Origin: Malacoraja senta
Lineage: Eukaryota
Reading direction: 5' to 3'
Assembly: GCA_038087875.1 (NCBI GenBank)
Contig: CM075999.1
Location: 4,094,001-4,158,000, forward strand
DNA: 64,000 nucleotides
Shown here: in pieces, positions 13,301 through 25,300 of the stretch
Position numbering within the stretch: the first letter of the stretch is position 1
Layout: each line of letters opens with the position of its first letter
The notes under the pieces: generated by a model
Told to the model about the DNA's origin: nothing
The model's database searches: none
Seen by the model: the letters and a program-made list of their open reading frames with translations, nothing else
Translations under genes and position numbers: made by a program

Positions 13301-16300
13301 TTCACCTTTTTCGGTCTTCAAGGGTCCAACTTTGGTCTTAACTAATTTTTTCCTCTTCACATACCTAAAGAAGCTTTTACTATCCTGCTTTATATTCTTG
13401 GCTAGCTTACCTTCGTACCTCATCTTTTCTCCCCGTTGTCTTTTTGGTTATCTTCTGTTCTTTAAACATTACCCAATCCTTGCACTTTTCAGGATTCCCC
13501 ATTTCTTTACTCAAATCAGTTGTCCTGTTGAATCGGATTCATGCTGCAATTATCTGTACTTTCCATTGAGGGTAGTGGCTTGGAAATCTGCCTTGTAGTA
13601 AACTCTGCTGCCAATCTCTGGCTTACTAATATAATGGAAATGTTTTGTCCAATTCTATAATATTTATCGCTCAGCATTGCAAAAGATCTGCCTCTTGTAA
13701 AAGTGCATTTTAAAACTTGTGTTTTGCCAGTCAATGTGGGAGAGGACTGCCCCGTGTTTGACGGCCTCTTTGAGTTCTGTCAGCTGTCCACTGGAGGTTC
13801 AGTCGGTAAGTGACGTTATACACAGCTTGAAGCTCTGTGCACATATCATCTCACCGCTCATCTCGCTCTCGCCATCATCCTCTCTCAGAGGAGTATAAAG
13901 ATCATGAAGAGCACAGATCCTATTCCTTCGCTCCATAGATGCTGCCTCACCCGCTGAGTTTCTCCAGCATTTTTGGCTACCTTTGATTTTTCCAACATCT
14001 GCAGTTCTTTCTTAAACAAGAGGACAGATCAGATGAATAGCCATGGTCTTTTCCACAAGTAGGGGGGGGGGGGGTCTAAAACTAGAGCTTATAGGGTGAA
14101 AGGGGAAAGATTTAGAAGGGACGAGGGGCGACTTTATTACACAGAGATGAAATGTACATGAAAAGATCCAGAGGAAGTGGCAGAGACGCAATTACAACAT
14201 TCAAAAGACACTTGGACACAGATAGAAAAAGTTTGGATGAATATGGGCTGCATGTGAACAAGTGGGACTAACTTGGGTAAGCTCGATGAACTAAATGTAC
14301 AACTGCTAACATGCTGCAGTGGAAATCAATGCTCCTGTTTATTGACCCCTCCAGCAACCCACCAGCAGAGCAGGAACTCTGGACCAATTCCCTGTTCATC
14401 TCCACTCAGCACAAAGAAACATTATTCGAAGAATGATTAACTTAGTGCTAACTTATAGTTGAACAGCGCCGTTTCTCTACTAGTTTAAACAGGGTGCATG
14501 TCAAAATATAAATCTGCTGGCCTGAAGCTCTCTGGAACATTGTGATTCCAAACACTTCTTTCCCTGTTTAATATTGCATGAACAAACTACTGTTATTTCA
14601 AGTTACCTTTTTTTGTGTGATGTATGTTCCATTATATTAAATGGAATAAATGCACATTTGCTATTCTGCAGCTGGAGCTGTTAAACTGAACAAGCAACAA
14701 ACAGACATTGCTGTTAATTGGGCTGGTGGACTTCACCATGCAAAGAAATCGGAGGCGTCCGGCTTCTGTTATGTGAATGACATTGTCCTGGCCATTCTTG
14801 AATTACTGAAGTGAGTACATCATGTAACTGGGACTCTGATACATCACATATTGTGTTAACTAGAGGTACTTTGCAATCCTTCCTTGGCTAGTCCCACATC
14901 CGGTTCTCATCAGGAACATCCGTTGAATTCAGTTCAGTTGGCATAAAATGGGAATTGTCCCAGTGCTTGACTTGTGTACAGGTTAATAAGTGATAGGAGC
15001 AGTTAAACCATTTATCAGCCAATTATGGCTGATCTACCTTTTCCTCTCAACCCCATTCTCCTGCCTTCGCCCCATAACCCCTGACACCCTTGTCCAGTGG
15101 CTTTACCCAGTGTAAGTGGCTTTGGCCAGAGACTTTACCAAGAGGGTATTAAAAAAATACCAGCCACATTTTTAAGCAGCTTTAAGGGCCTGTCCCCTGA
15201 TTTGCGAGTTTAGAAGAGTTTGCGATCTCCACAAACTCACAGCATGGTCGACACGTGGTCCTAGGAGGTCACTGTAACTTTCCTTCATGCTCGAGAGAAG
15301 TTCCCGCATACTCGCGGCCCCAGTTTGGTCGAGGAAAAATTTTCAACGTGCTGAAAATTTTTCTGCGAGGAAAAATTGGTCGGCATGGTTCTTTTGAACT
15401 CGTAGTGCAGTGGTAGTGGGGTCACCATGTAGTTATAGGTTGTCGAGGTAGCCGTTGGCAATCTCTTTTGCTGACCGGGCATTTTAATTGGCTCATTGGG
15501 GGGAAAAAACGTAAGCACAAGTTTTCAGAACTAAGGAAAACCGACCGGTGATGTTAAATGCCCGCTAAACTTTATTAAAAGTTGTCTGGCTTCTTAAATG
15601 TGTCTCCACTCCTCTCCCCCCCTTTCTCTCCCTCCCTTCTTTCTCCCCCCTTCTCCCCTTCCAGCTCTTTTAAAGGACTTACCGTACACTGTGCCAGCCG
15701 TCTTTTACCTTCCTGTTCATCGCAGGTATCACCTTGGCTTTGCACCGTGTGAATTTCAGACAGTGCATTCCCTGCTTTCCCTGGCCCCCGCCTTTGCGAT
15801 GTGTTTGTGTGTGTGCGTGTGTGTTGACGGTCGATCCAGCTCGCGGTTTGTCAGGCGAGTGCCCCCGAGCTTGAAGGTCGAAGACAGTTGCTGAAAAGTC
15901 GCGTAAGTGGGACAGGCCCTCCTTGCAAGCAAAGCAAGAATTTCATTGTCCTATCAGGGACACATGACAATAAACTCACTTGACTTGACTTGACTTTAAG
16001 CAATTTTTTATATTAAACCTATTTGTTTGAATTATTTTCTGCCGTTGAAGGTATCATCAGAGAGTACTGTACATCGACATTGATATTCACCATGGCGATG
16101 GTGTTGAAGAGGCTTTTTATACAACTGACAGAGTGATGACAGTCTCGTTCCATAAATATGGGGAATATTTCCCTGGTACAGGAGATCTCAGGGTAAGAAG
16201 TATAATGCATAGTGTGTATTTTCATGCCTAGCTTTCTAATCAGACCCAGGATATTACAGCGTTCCATTGGATCGGGGAGCTGATATTTCCGGGTTTAAAC

Positions 16301-19300
16301 CATGGAAGGCTTTGAAGTGTGTCAGAAAGTTGTTTTTCACTGTCATGGAATAAGTAGGAAATGAAAGCTCTCACTAAAGAATTAGTGGTGAGAATGATCA
16401 GGACTGCTGAAAGCATAGTAGAGAAGGGAGAGGGAGGTGAGGATTAAACTGAAAGAGATAGCCAGATAATATAAAAGGAAATGGGACATGTGTGTCCCAT
16501 CCAGATGTGCTGCCGCTGATTCTTACAACATCAACATTTAGCTCATTTATGGATAAATATTAGCACCGTTGTGGGAAGTGTCTCAGACACTCACACTGGG
16601 ATCTCTTCAATGGGCACTGCCGTTCCATCCCTCTGGTAACTTTCTTTAAGGAATACCATTGCTTCAAATACAGCACAGATTTGGGGACAGGGGTGTTGAT
16701 AGGAGCTCAGCTTTGCTAATCCTAAAAAGATGTTGTTTTAAACTCTGCCGAGTGAAATGATAGGCGTAGAGAAACAGAAAGATGAAGGGAGAGGGTGTAA
16801 TTTGAAAGTGAAAGATATGTCCAGTCTTTGCAAATTAGAATGCATCAGGGTGTAAATGTGACAGATGTGGATCATTTATGCTGAATAAAGAGACTCTGGG
16901 GCAATACGTTACACCTTTGAGGTGAATCTAACAATGGTGATAAGAAAAAGGTGAAATTATACAAAAATGCTGGAAATACTCAGCAGGTCAGGCAGCATTT
17001 GTGGAGAAAGAAAGGGAGTTGTCAATTCATTGCTTCATTATCTGTGTACGTACGTCTCCACAGATGCTGCCCAGCCAATCTTCTTTCTTTTTGCTAGTAT
17101 TTTTTTTAATTTCAGTTAGCTAGCATCTGGGAATTATGGATTATAAAAAGGTGGGCTTAGTTTGATTTGGCATTATGGTCGGTAAAGATGGGGTATATTT
17201 AGCTTTTATTAAATGGTAATTCATTTTTTAATAAATATTTGTTCCTGTAAATCCAGAGTGCGTCCAATGTGATCCATAACCAAATAACTAAAGTCCAATA
17301 TCAATTGCAGGCAATTTTTATCCATCCTTTGAAAATAATATGGAAACTTAAATCATTTAAATGAGTGGCCAGATGCTTTGAAAGTGGGTTGGTAGAAGGT
17401 AGGTGTGTGACGAGATTGCCAGAGTAGTGAAGTTGACATACCATGAAGGGACTACACGGATGTTTACTGCAGGTTAAAATGGACAAGCACGTGGGAAATG
17501 TGCAGAAAAGTGTGAGGAAAATCTGGGGGAAATGGATGATAAAGGTGGGAATTAAGCTAATAGACCAAATACACAATTAAACTTGTGTGTGTGTGTGTGT
17601 GAGTATAGAAGCCATAAAGAAATCTGATCTTATAAATGGATGGTCTAGATTAACAAATAAATGTGTGCTCCACATTGGCTGGAATACTTAGTGGGTATAG
17701 TTGAGAGATACCGCGCGGAAACAGGCCCTTCGGCCCACCTAGTCCGCGCCGACCAGTGCCTACACTGGCACTAACCTACACACTAGGGACAATTTACAAT
17801 TTTTACCAAAGCCAATTAACCTATAAACCTGTATGTCTTTGGAGGGTGGGAGGAAACCGGAGCACCTGGAGAAAACTCACGCAGGTCACGGGGATGACAT
17901 ATAGACGGCATCTGGAGTCAGGATCGAACCTGGGTCTCTGGCGCTGTAAGGCAGCAACTCTACCGCTGTGCCACCGTGTTGCCTCTTTATTAATATGAAC
18001 ATAAATATCCCTTTTCACGTTTGTTAGTGGTGCATCTAGACAACTTCTCTGATTGTATTCTGCATTTGTGTGAAGCTGATTTGCGGTTTTATTGTTGCAT
18101 AGGATATTGGTGCTGGCAAAGGCAAGTACTATGCTGTGAATTTTCCATTGAGAGATGGAATCGATGATGAATCTTATGAAGCCATATTCAGACCTGTGAG
18201 TATTTTCATTAAATCCCAACTACAATTTTCCAAAGCTATTTTTCTTTGTGGGAGATTTCTTTGCATATATACCTATTTAACTCAGGTCTGACTTGATTGT
18301 ATTTATGTAGAGTATTATCTGATCTGAATAGCATGCAAAACAAAGCTTTTCACTGTACCTTGGTACAGGTGACAATAATAAACCTAAACCTTTCTCTTCC
18401 TCTCCAGATTATATGCAAGGTGATGGAGATGTACCAACCCAGTGCCATTGCCTTGCAGTGTGGGGCTGACTCGTTGTCTGGGGATAGACTGGGTTGTTTT
18501 AACCTTACTATTAAAGGTACCGTCATCAATTTTTAATGTACATGTTTGGTTCCACATGAATGTATGAGCTGAGGCAATACTGGGCTGATGTTCATAATTT
18601 ATTTAGCCAGGGATGTAAGTACAGGACCATGGTGGTTAAGGAGAGCTGTGTAAAGTTACCTTGCACCCACAGGTATTTGTGAAGGTGGCCACTCACCTGG
18701 ATCATTATCTGTCTCATGTAAGTCATCATTCATCCCAAGCTGTGTGCACGTTCACAATATTGCCGTGGCTCTGCTTGCTTCTGCAGCCTCACCTTGTGGA
18801 GGCAGCAAGTTATTTTGGGGTGTCGCTGAATTGTCTACCAGGGTTTGTTGCCTTGTGTTCCTAGAATAGTTTCTCCAGTAAGTGAGTTATTGGAAGTGAT
18901 TGCAGCTAATGCTAAAGCTTCATCCTCTGAGTGAGCTTTGCTGGGGCTGGGTGTATGTGGACGTATCTGATCTACCTGTGGATGTACCTGGTTATTGCTC
19001 TTCTGGGACCAGGAAAATTCAGGACAATATTTGATCATGTCTGCACTGCTGATTACTACAGCCTTCATCATCATGAGGTCATTGTGTGGCTTCATGAAAA
19101 TGAAAAATCACTTGGTTTAGTAGAAACTGCTAATTGCTGTTTTTCTACCCAGGACATGCCAAGTGTGTTGAATTTGTCAAGACGTTTAACTTGCCTTTGT
19201 TGATGCTGGGAGGAGGTGGATATACGATTCGCAATGTCGCCCGCTGCTGGACATTCGAGACCTCCGTTGCTTTGGATTCCGACGTTCCAAATGGTAAGCC

Positions 19301-22300
19301 GGTTTGATTGGAGCAAGTTCTCTGGATATTCGTGACCCCAAGCTCCCTGGCACATGGAACAAGCCCTTCAGCCCACGGTGTCCATGCTAGTCTGTCTGCT
19401 CATTGTTACTGACCACCATGTACGTGACTAGCTCAGTTTGGCATCTGATCAATATATCGATGTGCTACCCAGTCAATGGGTGTTAAGGATGTGATTGTGC
19501 TCGGGGAATTCACCAGCATGCTGCCCAGATTGGTGGCCTTTACGTATGGGGCAAGATTGGCTAGGCTGTGTTTGTGTTCTTCTAAAGCAAAGGAGGCTGA
19601 GGGGTGAGCTGACAGGTGTGTACAATTATAAGAAGATGATAGGTATATTTTTGCCAGGGTTAGGGTGTCTAAAATGGGAGAGTGTTGGTTTAAGGTGAGG
19701 GAGGGGATCAGATCATACAGGATACAGGGCACCTGGAACCTGCTGCCAGAGGTGGTGGGGTCATGGAAACATAGAAAATAGGTGCAGGAGTAGGCCATTC
19801 GGCCCTTCGAGCCTGCACCGCCATTTGATATGATCATGGCTGATCATCCAACTCAGTATCCCATCACTGCCTTCTCTCCATACCCCCTGATCCCTTTAGC
19901 CACAAGGGCTACATCTAACTCCATCTTAAATATAGCATTGCACATAGTCACAACATATAAGAGGCATCCAGACAGGCACGTGCACACCATAGCATGGAAC
20001 ACTATGGACCTGCAGGAAAGTGCAATGGATATGGATGGTCAGCCGGGGCACAATGGGCTAAAGGGTCAGTTCCTGTCTGACTGTAATCATCTGACAAACG
20101 CTCCAGTGAGTTAGAGGCGTTACCAGCGTAACCCAGTGAGCCGCAGTGTTGGTGCTGCCCACTGATGCCTCACCTCTGGGCACCAGCGTAACCCAGTGAG
20201 CCGCAGTGTTGGTGCTGCCTCACCTCTGGGTACCAGCGTAACCCAGTGAGCCGCAGTGTTGGTGCTGCCTCACCTCTGGGTACCAGCGTAACCCAGTGAG
20301 CCACAGTGTTGGTGCAGCCCACTGCTGCCTCACCTCTGGGTACCAGCGTAACCCAGTGAGCCGCAGTGTTGGTGCAGCCCACTGATGCCTCGCCTTCTCT
20401 GCTTGCTTGCTTCATTCCAGGTCAGTAGCAGGGAGGGTGGTATGGAGGAGGTGGGGGTGGGAGTGAGGGCAGTGGCTGCGTGAGGGTGGAATAGTCTGAT
20501 TTGTGAAAGTCTTGAAAGGGGAAGCAGAAGAAATTCCCAAAATGATTCCAGAGAAGAAAGATTCCCGATATGTGGATGGAGTGGGGAAGCCGAGGATAAT
20601 TTATAACGGGTTTGGAGAGGGTAGATAGTAACTATTCGCAATGGTGGGGGGGGAGGGGTGCAGAATGCAGGCAATTGTCACACAGATTGACTGAGCACGT
20701 GTTTTTACACAGTGGTGGTTAGGGTGTGCAATGCCAAGCCGGGTCCCATTGATGTTCGGTGAAGGAGCTGTGGAAGGTTCTGGAAGGAAAGCATTTGCAG
20801 TGTTGTTGTGACAGGGCAGGAGATTGGGACAGGCTGGTTCATCCTTGCACGGTGCGAATGCACCGATGGGCAGAATGGCCGTTTACTCCACCCCAACCAC
20901 TCCATGAGTTGTGAATTCCTGAGTTATTGATTTTGGGTGAAGATTAATGTCCTATTAGCCGATGTAATAATGCCATGTTTTGACATTGACCAGAAGAGAT
21001 TGATGGCTGGCCCAGTAAGTACATTCTCACTGACCAGCTGAAGAGAAGAAATACTGACGGACCATCAGTTCATATTCTCAAGACGTGTGTCCAGTTTTGT
21101 GAACACGTTCCAGTTTAAAAGCAGAGGGTGGTGTGGGTTTCTAAATCTTCTGCTGGAGAGTACATTGTGGTTTGTTTTTCAGAACTGCCGTACAACGATT
21201 ATTTTGAATACTTTGGACCTGACTTCAAGCTGCACATCAGCCCGTCCAACATGACCAACCAGAACACCAGTGAATATCTGGAGAAGATCAAGTATGTACT
21301 CGATCAATAGTGCTGTTGTGTGATACCTGTTATTTGCATCAGCGGTGTGGCACTTTCTAAATGCATTGTGCTTGATAAGTTGCAATATGTGTCTCAGATT
21401 GAGCAGTAAAAATGTCTCTGGTGCAAATGTGTGATAACATTAGACTATCGTTGATTATTCTGGCTTCCCTGCTCTTATTATCTGTGCCTTGGACTGTAAG
21501 GGCAAACCCCATACGTATTGTATGGGACGATACTGAGATATTCTTACTATTGAGGGAGTGCAGCGTAGGTTCACAAGGTTAATTCCTGGGATTGCGGGAC
21601 TGCCATATGCTGAGAGAATGGAGGAACTGAGTGAAATCCAGGTGAGCCGAGAAGTGGTGTTAGGTAAATTGAATGGATTAAAGACCGATAAATCCCCAGG
21701 GCCAGATAGGCTGCATCCCAGAGTACTTAAGGAAGTAGCTCCAGAAATAGTGGATGCATTAGTGATAATTTTTCAAAACTCTTTAGATTCTAGAGTAGTT
21801 CCTGAGGATTGGAGGGTAGCAAACGTAACCCCACTTTTTAAAAAGGGAGGGAGAGAGAAAACGGGGAATTACAGACCAGTTAGTCTAACATCGGTAGTGG
21901 GGAAACTGCTAGAGTCAGTTATTAAAGATGGGATAGCAGCACATTTGAAAAGTGGTGAAATCATTGGACAAAGTCAGCATGGATTTACGAAAGGTAAATC
22001 ATGTCTGACGAATCTTATAGAATTTTTCGAGGATAATAATAATAATAATAATACATTTTATTTATATAGCGCTTTTCAAGGACTCAAAGTCGCTTTACAT
22101 TGAGAGTAAAAAACAACAAAAAGTAGAGCAGTAAGACAGAGATGCAAAGGGGAGGGGGACATGGGACTAAGGGTATGCAGAGGTGAAGAGATGGGTCTTG
22201 AGGCGGGACTGGAAGATGGTGAGGGACTCAGAATTTCTGATCAGTTGTGGGAGGGAATTCCAGAGCCTGGGAGCTGCCCTGGAGAAGGCTCTGCCTCCAA

Positions 22301-25300
22301 AAGTGTAGAGGTTTGATTTCGGAATGGAGAGGAGACCGGCTGATGTGGATCTGAGGGACCGTGAGGGTTGGTAGGGGGAGAGGAGGTCAGTGAGATAAGG
22401 GGGGGCCAAGTGGTTGAGGTCTTTGTAGGTGAGGACCAGGATTTTGTAGATGATCTGGTGGGAAATGGGAAGCCAGTGAAGTTCTTTGAGAACTGGGGTG
22501 ATGTGGTGCCAGGATTTGGTGTGGGTAATTAGTCGGGCGGCAGCGTTCTGGACCAGTTGGAGTCGGTTGATGTTGCTGGAATTGATGCCAAAGTAACTAG
22601 TAGACTGGATAGGGGAGAACCAGTGGATGTGTTATATCTAGGCTTTTGACAAGGTCCCACATAAGAGATTAATATACAAACTTAAAGCATACGGTATTGG
22701 GGGTTCAGTATTGATGTGGATAGTGAACTGGCTGGCAGACAGGAAGCAAAGAGTAGGAGTAAACGGGGTACCGCAAGTTTCAGTGCTGGGACCCCAGCTA
22801 TTTACAATATATATTAATGATTTGGACGAGGGAATTGAATGCAACATCTCCAAGTTTGCGGATGACACTAAGCTGGGGGGCAGTGGTAGCTGTGAGGAGG
22901 ATGCTAGGAGGCTGCAAGGTGACTTGGATAGGCTGGGTGAGTGGGCAAATGCATGGCAGATGCAGTATAATGTGGATAAATGAGGTTATCCACTTTGGTG
23001 GCAAAAACAGGAAAGCAGACTATTATCTAAATGGTGGCCGATTAGGAAAAGGGGAGATGCAACGAGACCTGGGTGTCATGGTACACCAATCATTGAAAGT
23101 AGGCATGCAGGTGCAGCAGGCAGTGAAGAAAGCGAATGGTATGTTAGCATTCATAGCAAAAGGATTTGAGTGTAGGAGCAGGGAGGTTCTACTGCAGTTG
23201 TACAGGGTCTTGGTGAGACCACACCTGGAGTATTGCGTACAGTTTTGGTCTCCAAATCTGAGGAAAGACATTATTGCCAGAGGGAGTGCAGAGAAGGTTC
23301 ACCAGACTGATTCCTGGGATGTCAGGACTTTCATATGAAGAAAGACTGGATAGACTCGGCTTGTACTCGCTAGAATTTAGGGGATTGAGGGGGGATCTTA
23401 TAGAAACTTACAAAATTCTTAAGGGGTTGGACAGGTTAGATGCAGGATGATTGTTCCCAATGTTGGGGAAGTCCAGGACAAGGGGTCACAGCTTAAGGAT
23501 AGATGGGAAATCCTTTAGGACCGAGATGAGAAAAACTTTTTTCACACAGAGAGTGGTGAATCTCTGGAACTCTCTGCCACAGAAGGTAGTTGAGGCCAGT
23601 TCATTGGCTATATTTAAGAGGGAGTTAGATGTGGCCCTTGTGGCTAAAGGGATCAGGGGGTATGGAGAGAAGGCAGGTACGGGATACTGAGTTGGATGAT
23701 CAGCCATGATCACATTGAATGGCGGTGCTGGCTTGAAGGGCCGAATGGCCTACTCCTGCACCTATTGTCTATTGACTGAAGGACAAGGGGGTTCAAAACA
23801 TGAAATATTCAGAGTGCAGGTATAGAAGCAGGGAAGATAGACACAAACTGCTGGGGTAACTCAGTAGGTCAGGCAGCATCTGGAGAAAAGGAATAAGTGA
23901 AGTTTCGGGTCGAGACCCTTCAGACTGAGTCAGTGGAGAGGGGAACTAGAGATATGACAAAGTACATAGAACAAGTAAATGAAAGATATGAAATGGACAA
24001 ATCAAAGCCAGTGATGATGATAAAGGAAAGGTGAAGCAGGGAGTGGTACAAAGTTCCATATGATGCCTTTTGGGTGAAGGCTTGAATGCTGGACAGTTGT
24101 CACCACGTTATACGAACAACATTCAGATTCAGATTCAGATTCAGATTCAGATTCAACTTTATTGTCATTGTGCAGTGTACAGTACAGAGACAACGAAATG
24201 CAGTTAGCATCTCCCTAGAAGAGCGACATAAATATGAGCAGTAAATAAATAAATCTAATCTAATAAATCCTGGTGGGAGGAGTGTCCGGGGGGGGGGGGG
24301 GGGGTGTGATTGGCAGTCACCGAGGTACAGTGTTGAGTAGTGTAACCGCCGCAGGGAAGAAGCTGTTCCTGGACCTGCTGGTCCGGCAACGGAGAGACCT
24401 GTAGCGCCTCCCGGATGGTAGGAGGGTAAACAGTCTGTGGTTGGGGTGAGAGCAGTCCTTGGCGATGCTGAGCGCCCTTCGCAGACAACGCTTGCTTTGG
24501 ACAGACTCAATGGTGGGGAGTGAGGAACCGGTGATGCGTTGGGCAATTTTCACCACCCTCTGCAGTGCTTTCCGGTCGGAGACAGAGCAGTTGCCATACC
24601 ATACTGTGATGCAGTTGGTAAGGATGCTCTCGATGGTGCAGCGGTAGAAGTTCACCAGAATCCGAGGAGACAGATGGACCTTCTTTAGTGCAGAGAAGGT
24701 GATGCAGAAAGGGTAAAAGAGTGATACCTAGCCAGTGTCACACAGAACTGAACAAAAAACAGTCAAGATATGGGAGAAAAATGGCTGAGCAAAAGTCTGC
24801 AAGTGGGGAGTTTGCAGCATGCACGGACAGAGGCTTTGAACATTCACATTGCACTTTTCCAGCGAGCACAAATCAGTAACTCAGCGGGTCAGGCAGTGTC
24901 TGTGGAGAACATGGATAGGTGACGTTTCACAGAGTGCTGGAGTAACTCAGCGGGTCAGGCAGTATCTGTGGAGAACATGGATAGGTGACGTTTCACAGAG
25001 TGCTGGAGTAACTCAGCGGGTCAGGCAGCATCTGTGGAGAACATGGATAGGTGACGTTTCACAGACACAGTGCTGGAGTAACTGGGTCAGGCAGCATCCT
25101 ACAATAATTGTTTGTACATCTCCAGGCAGCGTTTGTTTGAGAACCTGCGGATGCTGCCACATGCGCCGGGCGTTCAGATGCAGTCGATCCCCGAGGATGC
25201 CGTGCCAGATGACAGTGGAGACGAAGAGGAGGAAGATTCTGACAAACGCATTTCTAGTGAGTCCTGGTGTTTGTTACCTTGTCTTAAATTAGCGGCAGCA

